DNA from: Nemertoderma westbladi
Taxonomy: Eukaryota > Animalia > Xenacoelomorpha
DNA: 64,000 bases
NCBI GenBank assembly: GCA_032718475.1
Contig: JAUCBJ010008363.1
Coordinates: 186,001-250,000 of the forward strand
Reading direction: 5' to 3'
The first letter of the stretch is position 1. Every line of letters begins with the position of its first letter. This document shows positions 39,464-54,700 of this stretch, one piece after another. A program made the translations under genes and the position numbers. The notes under the pieces were generated by a model that was not told the DNA's origin, made no database searches, and worked only from the letters and a program-made list of their open reading frames with translations.

Positions 39464-42400
39464 ATCTTTACATCAAAGATTAATCGAGAACAATGATTTA
39501 CATGATAAGTATTCAGCAATAATAAACAATCAACTGGATAATGGTATAATCGAAACAGTAAGTGATGAGGATGAGAATGACAAACATAAACCAATCAAAC
39601 ATTATATTCCTTATCATCCTGTAATTAAACCCTCTAAAACAACAACAAGGGCACGTATAGTATATAATGCTAGCGCAAAGAAAAACAAAGATTGCAAATG
39701 CCTAAATGAGTGAGTGTTTGTATCGTGGACCATCATTGATGAGAGACTTGACAGGGGTGCTAATTCGATTTCGTCTTAGATCTATAGCTATTATATCAGA
39801 TATTGAAAAGGCTTATCTACAAGTAGGAATTCAAGAAACATATAAAGATGTAACTCGCTTCTTCTGGTATAAAGACCCAAATAATATAAAGCAACCATTG
39901 AAAAACAATATTGTGACAATACGATTTTGTCGAATACCATTTGGAATCATTTCGTGCCAGTATCTGCTTGGTGCTGTATCCTGTAGCCCAAGTTATTCAG
40001 GATAACTTATATGTGGATAATTTAATAGCTTCAGTGAATGATGTAGATGAAGGTAAACAATTATATATTGAGTCTAAAGAGATTTTTAAAGGAGCCTCTA
40101 TGAATCTACGTGAATGGTCATCAAATTCTAATGAATTGCTTGATAAAATAAATTCTGCTGATCTAATGAAATCACGTGTAACCAAAGTACTTGGAATTGG
40201 ATGGAATATTGAAGCCAATAAAATACATATTGCAGAATCAAACATTAAAACTAAGGTAAGAAATATTCGTGACATATTGCAGAACCTAGGAAAGATATTT
40301 GATCCGTTAGGATATTTCATTCCTATCACATTGCAAGCAAAGGTATTATACCAAGAAGTGTGGAAAGATAGACAAAAGGGAGAAAAACTAGATTGGAATA
40401 TGAAACTCAACGACAATATAATCAATTTTTTTTTTTTTTTATTTTATTCTTTACACCAGACCATATTATTATTATACATGGGGTGCACAATATAACTGAT
40501 CCATATCCTAATTAGCCTACTATTAGTGTTATTATATTAAGCACAATTAAAGTCCTAAGCCCTATTAAGTACTGTAGCTACATATTAATGTGTTATGAAA
40601 CCGATAGTAATTAGCAAACAAATTGACTACGATGAATTCTAGATGATTCTCGAGTACACATATAAACCGTGGAAACAATTTTATTACTAGATACCTTAAT
40701 TCTATTATATAAGCTCTGCACTGAACGATAGCGTAAGTGAATAAAACATGGCATATTTGAAGTACCGAAAAATAAGGACATACTGGAACGGAACGGAAGC
40801 TTAAAAAATAGACGTGCAGCCGAATTATAGGCCACTCTGACACGGTTATACACAGACTCTGAATAGTTCAATGGTGACCACAGAGCATTGCAATACAAAG
40901 GAGTTACATATGCCCTAAATAGAGTAACTTTTACTGCATTACTACAATTATAACATTTTCTACACAAAGTGTTTGCACGAGCATATAAACCTCTAGTAAT
41001 ATTCTTGATGTCGAAATCGTCATCACGACTTACATGTATTAAATGCCCCAAATATACATATTTTTCTACTCTAGAAAGTATAGCTCCACATAAATACATA
41101 GGCGCCATAGAGAACAAATAACTGAACCGTGGGTTAAAAAACATAACTTTAGATTTCTTTAAGTTAAATAATATCCTATGGCTAATTGCATAATCAGAAC
41201 AAGTATTTATCAGACGTTGTAAACCTACTGCAGAATTAGAGATCAAACAAATATCGTCTGCGTATATAAGATGATTTATTCTACAACCATCGAGCATACA
41301 GCCTACATTAGCACAAAGTAAACTATTTGATAGATCATCCATATAAACATTGAACAGATAAGGGCTCAAAATACCACCCTGTTTTACTCCATTTGAAACC
41401 TTAAAAACCTCAGAAAACGTTGAACCCCAATCAATAGGTGGCCAAGTATTGCCAACGAACTATTGAAAATTAGTGAATGCCAAATCCCACGACATATATT
41501 TGAAGGAGAGATACAGAGAAAATTGGAGGATTATGAACTTGATTTATTGTGTTTTTGCGATGCTTCGGAAACAGCATACGCAGCAGCAATATATTTATGG
41601 ATATCACTTGAATCTGGATATAAATCAATGTTATTATTTGCAAAAAATAGATTAGCCCCAATATCAAAACAGAGTTTGAAGGATAATCAACGAAAAAAGC
41701 CAAGTATTCCTCGCTTAGAACTAATGGCAATGGTAATTGGCATCCGATGTATTAAATTCGCTGAAGAACAACTAAAGCTGAAAATGGAAACAAAGACACT
41801 GTTTAGCGATTCACAATGTGTTTTAGCCTGGCTCAAAAGTGATAAAAGAATGACTGTGTTTATTGAAAATAGGTTGAAAGAAATAAGAAATACAAGTAAC
41901 ATCAACTTTAGATATGTGAACACGCAAGATAATCCTGCTGATATTGCAACTAGGTGCCAATATACAACCAAACAGCTCTACAATAGCACATTATGGTGGA
42001 ATGGACCAAAATGGATCATAAGTGATATATCATTATGGCCCAATTGGGGAGTTGAATAAATAACAAAAAAAACAATTGATGCAATACAGGGTTGCATGTC
42101 CTCCAAAATACTATTCGAAGCTTCTCTTCCAATTATAACCAAGATATCTTATGAAATGAAAACTACACCATTTGGACTAGACATAAATAAATATTCAATG
42201 TTGAATATCTTACCAGCCTAAGAGAACGATATCAAAGACACATTAAACAGAATCATGCTGTAGATACTGAAGTAAAAATAGGATCCATTGTAATAATAAA
42301 GGAGAAAAACCTACCAAGGGGATCGTGGAAGTTAGGTAAAGTAACTCAACTTATCCAGAGTCATGACGGGCTGATACGATCTGTCAAACTAACTCTCCCT

Positions 42401-42468
42401 TCAAAAAGGATTATAACAAGGCCATTGAAACTGCTATATCCTTTAGAATATGATGAATATATATATTG
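39464..42468 (+). pseudogene. pol: BEL/Pao pol remnant (RT, RNase H, DUF5641-like tail; integrase core absent)
   Basis: HYIPYHPV..RIVYNAS, DIEKAYLQV, LYVDN, KIFDPLG, CFCDASETAYAA, IPRLEL, NPADIATR..WWNGPKW. After ~42200 it jumps to EYLTSLRER..PRGSWKLGKV..DGLIRSV..RPLKLLYPLE. Confidence 0.92.
40427..41428 (-). mobile_element. 5'-truncated poly(A)-tailed LINE (RT C-terminal half; clade unresolved)
   Basis: GVKQGGILSPYLF...YADD; AATAAA then poly(A) on minus strand (T run 40426-40440); TSD AATCAAT (40420-40426 and 41429-41435). Removing it restores BEL pol ...DNIIN|RWPSIANELLKISEC. Confidence 0.92.
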
Positions 42469-42482
42469 AAAAACTTTTTTTT

Positions 42483-42492
42483 GAAGGCGGAG
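42483..42492 (+). other. Polypurine tract
   Basis: GAAGGCGGAG immediately before the 3' LTR, preceded by a T run. Confidence 0.8.
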
Positions 42493-42735
42493 TGTCTTGA
42501 CATTTATATGACCTAAGTCCCAAGTATTGTAAGCAGTAGTGTTAGTCAGTATGTGTTACCGGTAGTGCAGTAGTGTTAGACGGACCAGTCAGTAGTGTCT
42601 TTTTTATAGTTAGAACTGAACTTGTCAGACAAAATGAGTATCAAGAATACTGGAATACATAATGCAGTAATGTCATATCGGCATATTATTATTTCATATT
42701 ATATTGTCCACAATTGAATGAGTGAATCCAAAACA
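42493..42735 (+). repeat. 3' LTR (243 bp)
   Basis: Direct repeat of 33773-34015, followed by TSD GAGAT. Confidence 0.96.
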
Positions 42736-45700
42736 GAGATGGATGAATTTTGATTGTGTCAGAACACCCCCTGTTTGAGGCTCTCAGAGTGAAGAGATAA
42801 GTAGCCTATCTCCCTGTTAATATTGTTGTGTTCTAGAAAATTTATTATAGTTTCATCGAATTGCCAAAGCAGCTGGAGCCGAAGTTAATATGTGATACAA
42901 TAATTCAACTCAAATTTCTCAGCTATTTCATGAATAATAATGAGTATAAAGCCATGTCAAAATCCTTGGGGTTTTTCAGCAATAATTTATCAAAATATCC
43001 TCTGATTTTTTTCAAAAACCACATCGATTTTCATATTTATAACTTCTAACCCACACCATGAGATAGCGAATCTTAAATGAAAGTCAAAAGAACAGGTAAC
43101 ACTTACATTTATAGAAGTAATCAGCTGTTATTTGCTACGTCTTTCTGCTGGAGATGGATGAATTTTGATTGCGTCGGAACACCCCCTTTTTGAGGCTGTC
43201 AGAGTGAAGAGATAAGTAGCCTATCTCCCTGTTAATATTGTTGTGTTCTAGAATATTTATTATAGTTTCATCGTATTGCCAAAGAGACTGGAGCTGAAGT
43301 TAATATATTATAATGCAACAATTCACCTCAAGCATCTCAGCTATTTCATGAACATAATGAAGCAATAGCCATGTCAAAAACCTTGGTGTTTTTCAGCAAT
43401 AATTAATCAAAATATCCTTTGATTTTTTTCAAAAACCACATAGATTTTCATATTTATAACTTCTAACCCACACCATGAGATAGCGAATCTTAAATGAAAG
43501 TCAAAAGAACAGGTAACACTTACATTTATAGAAGTAATCAGCTGTTATTTGCTTCGTCATTCCCCTGGAGATGGTTGAATTTTGATTGTGTCAAAACACC
43601 CCTCCCTATCTGTGGCTGTCTGAGTGAAGAGATAAGTAGCCCATCTCCCTGTTAATATTGTTGTGTTCTAGTTTATTTATTATAGTTTCATCGTATTGCT
43701 AATGTGGCTGGAGTTAAAGTTATTATGTAATGCAATAATTCACCTCAAATATCTCAGTTTTTTCATGAACATAATGAAGTATTAAAGCCATGTCAAAATC
43801 CTTGGGGTTTTTCAGCAATAATTTATCAAAATATCCTCAGATTTTTTTCAAAAACCACATCGATTTTCATATTTATAACTTCTAACCCACTCCATGAGAT
43901 AGCGAATCTTAAATGAAAGTCAAAAGAACAGGTAACACTTACATTAGAAGTAATCAGCTGTTCTTTGCTTTGTCTTTCCCCTGGAGATGGTTGAATTTTG
44001 ATTGTGTCAAAACACCCCTCCCTATCTGTGGCTGTCTGAGTGAAGAGATAAGTAGCCCATCTCCCTGTTAATATTGTTGTGTTCTAGTTTATTTATTATA
44101 GTTTCATCGTATTGCTAATGTGGCTGGAGTTAAAGTTATTATGTAATGCAATAATTCACCTCAAATATCTCAGTTTTTTCATGAACATAATGAAGTATTA
44201 AAGCCATGTCAAAATCCTTGGGGTTTTTCAGCAATAATTTATCAAAATATCCTCAGATTTTTTTCAAAAACCACATCGATTTTCATATTTATAACTTCTA
44301 ACCCACTCCATGAGATAGCGAAACTTAAATGAAAGTCAAAAGAACAGGTAACACTTACATTTATAGAAGTAATCAGCTGTTATTTGCTACGTCTTTCTGC
44401 TGGAGATGGATGAAATTTGATTGCGTCGGAACACCCCGTTTTTGAGGCTCTCAGAGTGAAGAGATAAGTAGCCTATCTCCCTGTTAATATTGTTGTGTTC
44501 TAGTTTATTTATTATAGTTTCATCGTATTGCTAATGTGGCTGGAGTTAAAGTTATTATGTAATGCAATAATTCACCTCAAATATCTCAGTTTTTTCATGA
44601 ACGTAATGAAGTATTAAAGCCATGTCAAAATCCTTGGGGTTTTTTCAGCAATAATTTATCAAAATTTCCTTAGATTTTTTACAAAAAACGACATCGATTT
44701 TCATAGTCATGACTTCTAACCCACTCCGCACAAGATAAAGAATCGTAAATGAAAGTCAAAGGAGCAGGTAACACTTACATTTATAGAAGTAATCAGCTGT
44801 TCTTTGCTTTGTCTTTCCACTGGAGATGGATTAATTTTGATTGCGTCGGAACACCCCTCCCTATCTGTGGCTGTCTGAATGGAGAGATAAGTAACCTATC
44901 TCCCTGTTAATATTGTTGTGTTCTAGAATATTTATTATAGTTTCATCGTATTGCCAAAGCTGCTGGAGCCGAAGTTAATATGTGATACAATAATTCACCT
45001 CAAATATCTTAGCTATTTCATGAACATAATGAAGTATTGAAGCCATTTCAAAAACCTTGGGGTTTTTCAGCAATAATTTTCAAAATATCCTCTGATTTTT
45101 TTCAAAAACCACATCGATTTTCATATTTATAACTGCTAACCCACTCCACGAGATAGAGAATCTTAAACGAAAGTCATAAGAACAGGTAACACTTTCATTT
45201 ATAGAAGTAATCAGCTGTTATTTGCTTCGTCTTTCCCCAACAGATGGATGAATTTTGATTGCGTCGGAACACCCTCTTTTTGAGGCTCTCAGAGTGGAGA
45301 GATAAGTAGCCTATCTCCATGTTAATATTGTTGTGTTCAAGAATATTTATAATAGTTTCACCGTATTGCCAAAGCGGCTGGAGCCGAAGTTAATATGTGA
45401 TACAATAATTCACCTCAAATTTCTCAGCTATTTCATGTATATAATGAGTATTAAATCCTTGTCAAAATCCTTGGTGTTTTTCTGCAATAATTTATTAAAA
45501 TCTCCTCTGATTTTTTACAAAAAACGACATCGATTTTCATATTAATGATTTATATCCCAGTCCACAAGATACAGAATCTTAAACGAAAGTCAAAAAACAG
45601 GTAACACTTACATTTATAGAAGTAATCAGCTGTCATTTGCTACGTCTTTCTGCTGGAGATGGATGAATTTTGATTGCGTCGGAACACCCCCTTTTTGAGG

Positions 45701-48700
45701 CTGTCAGAGTGAAGAGATAAGTAGCCTATCTCCCTGTTAATATTGTTGTGTTCTAGAATATTTATTATAGTTTCATCGTATTGCTAATGTGGCTGGAGTT
45801 ACAGTTATTATGTAATGCAATAATTCACCTCAAATATCTTAGCTATTTCATGAACATGATGAAGTATTAAAGTCATGTCAAAATTCTTGGGGTTTTTCAG
45901 CAATAATTTATCAAAATAACCTCAGATTTTTTACAAAAAACGACATCGATTTTCATAGTCATAACTTCTAACCCACTCCACAAGATAAAGAATCTTAAAT
46001 GAAAGTCAAAGGAGCAGGTAACACTTACATTTATAGAAGTAATCAGCTGTTCTTTGCTTCGTCTTTCCCCTGGAGATGGATGAATTTTGATTGCGTCGGA
46101 ACACCCCTCCCTATCTGTGGCTGTCAGAGTGAAGAGATAAGTAGCCTATCTCCCTGTTAATATTGTTGTGTTCTAGAATATTTATTATAGTTTCATCGTA
46201 TTGCCAAAGCGGCTGGAGCCAAAGTTAATATGTGATACAATAATTCACCTCAAATTTCTCAGCTATTTCATGAACATAATGAAGTATTAAGTATTATTTA
46301 AGCCATGTCAAAATCCTTGGTGTTTTTATGCAATAATTTGTCTCCTCTGATTTTTTACAAAAAACGACATCGATTTTCATATTCATTACTTCTATCCCAG
46401 TCCACAAGATAAAGAATCTTAAACGAAAGTCAAAAAACAGGTAACACTTTCATTTATAGAAGTAATCAGCTGTTATTTGCTTCGTCTTTCCCCAGCAGAT
46501 GGATGAATTTTGATTGCGTCGGAACACCCCCTTTCTGAGGCTCTCAGAGTGGAGAGATAAGTAGCCTATCTCCATGTTAATATTGTTGTGTTCAAGAATA
46601 TTTATTATAGTTTCATCGTATTGCCAAAGCGGCTGGAGCCGAAGTTAATATGTGATACAATAATTCACCTCAAATTTCTCAGCTATTTCATGAACATAAT
46701 GAAGTATTAAGTATTATTTAAGCCATGTCAAAATCCTTGGTGTTTTTATGCAATAATTTGTCTCCTCTGATTTTTTACAAAAAACGACATCGATTTTCAT
46801 ATTCATTACTTCTATCCCAGTCCACAAGATAAAGAATCTTAAACGAAAGTCAAAAAACAGGTAACACTTACATTTATAGAAGTAATCAGCTGTTATTTGC
46901 TTCGTCATTCCCCTGGAGATGGTTGAATTTTGATTGTGTCAAAATTTCCTCCCTATCTGTGGCTGTCTGAGTGAAGAGATAAGTAGCCCATCTCCCTGTT
47001 AATATTGTTGTGTTCTAGTTTATTTATTATAGTTTCATCGTATTGCCAAAGAGACTGGAGCTGAAGTTAATATATAATGCAACAATTCACCTCAAGTATC
47101 TCAGCTATTTCATGAAATAATGAAACAATAGCCATTTCAAAATCCTTGGTGTTTTTCAGCAATAATTAATCAAAATATCCTTTGATTTTTTTCAAAAACC
47201 ACATCGATTTTCATATTTATAACTTCTAACCCACTCCATGAGATAGCGAAACTTAAATGAAAGTCAAAAGAACAGGTAACACTTACATTTATAGAAGTAA
47301 TTAGCTGTTATTTGCTACGTCTTTCTGCTGGAGATGGATGAAATTTGATTGCGTCGGAACACCCCGTTTTTGAGGCTCTCAGAGTGAAGAGATAAGTAGC
47401 CTATCTCCCTGTTAATATTGTTGTGTTCTAGTTTATTTATTATAGTTTCATCGTATTGCTAATGTGGCTGGAGTTAAAGTTATTATGTAATGCAATAATT
47501 CACCTCAAATATCTCAGTTTTTTCATGAACGTAATGAAGTATTAAAGCCATGTCAAAATCCTTGGGGTTTTTCAGCAATAATTTATCAAAATTTCCTTAG
47601 ATTTTTTACAAAAAACGACATCGATTTTCATAGTCATGACTTCTAACCCACTCCGCACAAGATAAAGAATCTCAAATGAAAGTCAAAGGAGCAGGTAACA
47701 CTTACATTTATAGAAGTAATCAGCTGTTCTTTGCTTTGTCTTTTTCCACTGGAGATGGATGAATTTTGATTGCGTCGGAACACCCCTCCCTATCTGTGGC
47801 TGTCTGAATGGAGAGATAAGTAACCTATCTCCCTGTTAATATTGTTGTGTTCTAGAATATTTATTATAGTTTTATCGTATTGCCAAAGCTGCTGGAGCCG
47901 AAGTTAATATGTGATACAATAATTCACCTCAAATATCTTAGCTATTTCATGAACATAATGAAGTATTGAAGCCATTTCAAAAACCTTGGGGTTTTTCAGC
48001 AATAATTTTCAAAATATCCTCTGATTTTTTTCAAAAACCACATCGATTTTCATATTTATAACTGCTAACCCACTCCACGAGATAGAGAATCTTAAACGAA
48101 AGTCATAAGAACAGGTAACACTTTAATTTATAGAAGTAATCAGCTGTTATTTGCTTCGTCTTTCCCCAGCAGATGGATGAATTTTGATTGCGTCGGAACA
48201 CCCCCTTTCTGAGGCTCTCAGAGTGGAGAGATAAGTAGCCTATCTCCATGTTAATATTGTTGTGTTCAAGAATATTTATTATAGTTTCATCGTATTGCCA
48301 AAGCGGCTGGAGCCGAAGTTAATATGTGATACAATAATTCACCTCAAATTTCTCAGCTATTTCATGAATATAATGAGTATTAAATCCTTGTCAAAATCCT
48401 TGGTGTTTTTTAGCAATAATTTATTAAAATCTCCTCTGATTTTTTATAAAAAACGACAACGATTTTCCTATTCATGAATTCTAACCCACTCCAAGAGATA
48501 GACAATCTTAAACGAAAGTCAAAAGAACAGGTAACACTTTCATTTATAGAATTAATCAGCTATTATTTGCTTTGTCTGTCTCCAGGAGATGGATGAATTT
48601 TGATTGCTTCGGAACACCCCCTTTCTGAGGCTCTCAGAGTGGAGAGATAAGTAGCCTATTTCCCTGTTAATATTGTTCTGTTGTAGAATATTTATAATAG

Positions 48701-51700
48701 TTTCACCGTATTGCCAAAGCGGCTGGAGCCGAAGTTAATATGTGATACAATAATTCACCTCAAATTTCTCAGCTATTTCATGTATATAATGAGTATTAAA
48801 TCCTTGTCAAAATCCTTGGTGTTTTTCTGCAATAATTTATTAAAATCTCCTCTGATTTTTTACAAAAAACGACATCGATTTTCATATTAATAATTTATAT
48901 CCCAGTCCACAAGATACAGAATCTTAAACGAAAGTCAAAAAACAGGTAACACTTACATTTATAGAAGTAATCAGCTGTCATTTGCTACGTCTTTCTGCTG
49001 GAGATGGATGAATTTTGATTGCGTCGGAACACCCCCTTTCTGAGGCTCTCAGAGTGGAGAGATAAGTAGCCTATCTCCATGTTAATATTGTTGTGTTCAA
49101 GAATATTTATTATAGTTTCATCGTATTGCCAAAGCGGCTGGAGCCGAAGTTAATATGTGATACAATAATTCACCTCAAATTTCTCAGCTATTTCATGAAC
49201 ATAATGAAGTATTAAGTATTATTTAAGCCATGTCAAAATCCTTGGTGTTTTTATGCAATAATTTGTCTCCTCTGATTTTTTACAAAAAACGACATCGATT
49301 TTCATATTCATTACTTCTATCCCAGTCCACAAGATAAAGAATCTTAAACGAAAGTCAAAAAACAGGTAACACTTACATTTATAGAAGTAATCAGCTGTTA
49401 TTTGCTTCGTCATTCCCCTGGAGATGGTTGAATTTTGATTGTGTCAAAATTTCCTCCCTATCTGTGGCTGTCTGAGTGAAGAGATAAGTAGCCCATCTCC
49501 CTGTTAATATTGTTGTGTTCTAGTTTATTTATTATAGTTTCATCGTATTGCCAAAGAGACTGGAGCTGAAGTTAATATATAATGCAACAATTCACCTCAA
49601 GTATCTCAGCTATTTCATGAAATAATGAAGCAATAGCCATTTCAAAATCCTTGGTGTTTTTCAGCAATAATTAATCAAAATATCCTTTGATTTTTTTCAA
49701 AAACCACATCGATTTTCATATTTATAACTTCTAACCCACTCCATGAGATAGCGAAACTTAAATGAAAGTCAAAAGAACAGGTAACACTTACATTTATAGA
49801 AGTAATCAGCTGTTATTTGCTACGTCTTTCTGCTGGAGAGGGATGAAATTTGATTGCGTCGGAACACCCCGTTTTTGAGGCTCTCAGAGTGAAGAGATAA
49901 GTAGCCTATCTCCCTGTTAATATTGTTGTGTTCTAGTTTATTTATTATAGTTTCATCGTATTGCTAATGTGGCTGGAGTTAAAGTTATTATGTAATGCAA
50001 TAATTCACCTCAAATATCTCAGTTTTTTCATGAACGTAATGAAGTATTAAAGCCATGTCAAAATCCTTGGGGTTTTTCAGCAATAATTTATCAAAATTTC
50101 CTTAGATTTTTTACAAAAAACGACATCGATTTTCATAGTCATGACTTCTAACCCACTCCGCACAAGATAAAGAATCTCAAATGAAAGTCAAAGGAGCAGG
50201 TAACACTTACATTTATAGAAGTAATCAGCTGTTCTTTGCTTTGTCTTTCCACTGGAGATGGATGAATTTTGATTGCGTCGGAACACCCCTCCCTATCTGT
50301 GGCTGTCTGAATGGAGAGATAAGTAACCTATCTCCCTGTTAATATTGTTGTGTTCTAGAATAATTATTATAGTTTCATCGTATTGCCAAAGCTGCTGGAG
50401 CCGAAGTTAATATGTGATACAATAATTCACCTCAAATATCTTAGCTATTTCATGAACATAATGAAGTATTGAAGCCATTTCAAAAACCTTGGGGTTTTTC
50501 AGCAATAATTTTCAAAATATCCTCTGATTTTTTTCAAAAACCACATCGATTTTCATATTTATAACTGCTAACCCACTCCACGAGATAGAGAATCTTAAAC
50601 GAAAGTCATAAGAACAGGTAACACTTTCATTTATAGAAGTAATCAGCTGTTATTTGCTTCGTCTTTCCCCAGCAGATGGATGAATTTTGATTGCGTCGGA
50701 ACACCCCCTTTCTGAGGCTCTCAGAGTGGAGAGATAAGTAGCCTATCTCCATGTTAATATTGTTGTGTTCAAGAATATTTATTATAGTTTCATCGTATTG
50801 CCAAAGCGGCTGGAGCCGAAGTTAATATGTGATACAATAATTCACCTCAAATTTCTCAGCTATTTCATGAATATAATGAGTATTAAATCCTTGTCAAAAT
50901 CCTTGGTGTTTTTTAGCAATAATTTATTAAAATCTCCTCTGATTTTTTATAAAAAACGACAACGATTTTCATATTCATGAATTCTAACCCACTCCAAGAG
51001 ATAGACAATCTTAAACGAAAGTCAAAAGAACAGGTAACACTTTCATTTATAGAAGTAATCAGCTATTATTTGCTTTGTCTGTCTCCAGGAGATGGATGAA
51101 TTTTGATTGCTTCGGAACACCCCCTTTCTGAGGCTCTCAGAGTGGAGAGATAAGTAGCCTATTTCCCTGTTAATATTGTTCTGTTGTAGAATATTTATAA
51201 TAGTTTCACCGTATTGCCAAAGCGGCTGGAACCGAAGTTAATTTGTGATACAATAATTCAACTCAAATTTCTCAGCTATTTCATGAATATTATGAGTATT
51301 AAAGCCATGTCAAAATCCTTGGGGATTTTCAGCAATAATTTATCAAAATATCCTCTGATTTATTTCAAAAACCACATCGATTTTCATATTTATAACTTCT
51401 AACCCACTCCACGAGATAGAGAATCTTAAATGAAAGTCAAAAGAACAGGTAACACTTATATTTATAGAAGTAATCAGCTGTTATTTGCTACGTCTTTGTG
51501 ATGGAGATGGATGAATTTTGATTGCGTCGGAACACCCCCTTTTTGAGGCTGTCAGAGTGAAGAGATAAGTAGCCTATCTCCCTGTTAATATTGTTGTGTT
51601 CTAGAATATTTATTATAGTTTTATCGTATTGCCAAAGAGACTGGAGCTGAAGTTAATATATAATGCAACAATTCACCTCAAGCATCTCAGCTATTTTATG

Positions 51701-54700
51701 AACATAATGAAGCAATAGCCATGTCAAAAACCTTGGTGTTTTTCAGCAATAATTTATCAAAATATCCTCAGATTTTTTTCAAAAACCACATCGATTTTCA
51801 TATTTATAACTTCTAACCCACTACAGGAGATAGCGAATCTTAAATGAAAGTCAAAAGAACAGGTAACACTTACATTTATAGAAGTAATCAGCTGTTCTTT
51901 GCTTTGTCTTTCCCCTGGAGATGGTTGAATTTTGCTTGTGTCGAAACACCCCTCCCTATCTGTGGCTGTCTGAGTGGAGAGATAAGTAGCCTATCTCCCT
52001 GTTAATATTGTTGTGTTCTAGAAAATTTATTATAGTTTCATCATATTGCCAAAGCGGCTGGAGCCGAAGTTAATATGTGATACAATAATTCAACTCAAAT
52101 TTCTCAGCTATTTCATGAATATAATGAGTATTAAAGCCATGTCAAAATCCTTGGTGTTTTTCAGCAATAATTAATCAAAATATCCTTTGATTTTTTCAAA
52201 AACCACATCGATTTTCATATTTATAACTTCTAACCCACTCCATGAGATAGTGAAACTTAAATGAAAGTCAAAAGAACAGGTAACACTTACATTTATAGAA
52301 GTAATCAGCTGTTATTTGCTACGTCTTTCTGCTGGAGATGGATGAAATTTGATTGCGTCGGAACACCCCGTTTTTGAGGCTCTCAGAGTGAAGAGATAAG
52401 TAGCCTATCTCCCTGTTAATATTGTTGTGTTCTAGTTTATTTATTATAGTTTCATCGTATTGCTAATGTGTCCTGAGTTAAAGTTAATATGTAATGCAAT
52501 AATTCACCTCAAATATCTCAGTTTTTTCATGAACGTAATGAAGTATTAAAGCCATGTCAAAATCCTTGGGGTTTTTCAGCAATAATTTATCAAAATTTTC
52601 TTAGATTTTTAACAAAAAACAACATCGATTTTCATAGTCATGACTTCTAACCCACTCCGCACAAGATAAAGAATCTTAAATGAAAGTCAAAGGAGCAGGT
52701 AACACTTACATTTATAGAAGTAATCAGCTGTTCTTTGCTTTGTCTTTCCACTGGAGATGGATGCATTTTGATTGCGTCGGAACACCCCTCCCTATCTGTG
52801 GCTGTCTGAATGGAGAGATAAGTAACCTATCTCCCTGTTAATATTGTTGTGTTCTAGAATATTTATTATAGTTTCATCGTATTGCCAAAGCTGCTGGAGC
52901 CGAAGTTAATATGTGATACAATAATTCACCTCAAATATCTTAGCTATTTCATGAACATAATGAAGTATTAAAGCCATTTCAAAAACCTTGGGGTTTTTCA
53001 GCAATAATTTTCAAAATATTCTCTGATTTTTTTCAAAAACCACATCGATTTTCATATTTATAACTGCTAACCCACTCCACGAGATAGAGAATCTTAAACG
53101 AAAGTCATAAGAACAGGTAACACTTTCATTTATAGAAGTAATCAGCTGTTATTTGCTTCGTCTTTCCCCAGCAGATGGATGAATTTTGATTGCGTCGGAA
53201 CACCCCCTTTCTGAGGCTCTCAGAGTGGAGAGATAAGTAGCCTATCTCCCTGTTAATATTGTTGTGTTCTAGAATATTTATTATAGTTTCATCGTATTGC
53301 CAAAGCGGCTGGAGCCGAAGTTAATATGTGATACAATAATTCACCTCAAATTTATCAGCTATTTCATGAATATAATGAGTATTAAATCCTTGTCAAAATC
53401 CTTGGTGTTTTTCAGCAATAATTTATTAAAATCTCCTCTGATTTTTTATAAAAAACGACAACGATTGTCATATTCATGAATTCTAACCCACTCCAAGAGA
53501 TAGACAATCTTAAATGAAAGTCAAAAGAACAGGTAACACTTTCATTTATAGACGTAATCAGCTATTATCTGCTTTGTCTGTCTCCAGGAGATGGATGAAT
53601 TTTGATTGCTTCGGAACACCCCATTTCTGAGGCTCTCAGAGTGGAGAGATAAGTAGCCTATTTCCCTGTTAATATTGTTCTGTTGTAGAATATTTATAAT
53701 AGTTTCACCGTATTGCCAAAGCGGCTGGAGCCGAAGTTAATATGTGATACAATAATTCACCTCAAATTTCTCAGCTATTTCATGTATATTATGAGTATTA
53801 AATCCTTGTCAAAATCCTTGGTGTTTTTCTGCAATAATTTATTAAAATCTCCTCTGATTTTTTACAAAAACCGACATCGATTTTCATATTCATGACTTCT
53901 ATCCCAGTCCACAAGATACAGAATCTTAAACGAAAGTCAAAAAACAGGTAACACTTACATTTATAGAAGTAATCAGCTGTTATTTGCTACGTCTTTCTGC
54001 TGGAGATGGATGAATTTTGATTGCGTCGGAACACCCCCTTTTTGAGGCTGTCAGAGTGAAGAGATAAGTAGCCTATCTCCCTGTTAATATTGTTGTGTTC
54101 TAGTTTATTTATTATAGTTTCATCGTATTGCTAATGTGGCTGGAGTTAAAGTTATTATGTAATACAATAATTCACCTCAAATATCTCAGTTTTTTCATGA
54201 ACATAATGAAGTATTAAAGCCATGTCAAAATCCTTGGGGTTTTTCAGCAATAATTTATCAAAATATCCTTTGATTTTTTTCAAAAACCACATCGATTTTC
54301 ATATTTATAACTTCTAACCCACTCCATGAGATAGCGAATCTTAAATGAAAGTCAAAAGAACAGGTAACACTTACATTTATAGAAGTAATCAGCTGTTCTT
54401 TGCTTTGTCTTTCCCCTGGAGATGGTTGAATTTTGCTTGTGTCGAAACACCCCTCCCTATCTGTGGCTGTCTGAGTAGAGAGATAAGTAGCCTATCTCCC
54501 TGTTAATATTGTTGTGTTCTAGAAAATTTATTATAGTTTCATCATATTGCCAAAGCGGCTGTAGCCGAAGTTAATATGTGATACAATAATTCAACTCAAA
54601 TTTCTCAGCTATTTCATGAATATAATGAGTATTAAAGCCATGTCAAAATCCTTGGGAATTTTCAGCAATAATTTATCAAAATATCCTCTGATTTTGTTCA

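Larger units (their letters stand above)
33773..42735 (+). mobile_element. BEL/Pao LTR retrotransposon, defective composite with nested insertions (8963 bp)
   Basis: Paired TGT...ACA LTRs, 5-bp TSD GAGAT (33768-33772 and 42736-42740), PBS, PPT, and gag, RT, RNase H and DUF5641-like remnants. Confidence 0.95.
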
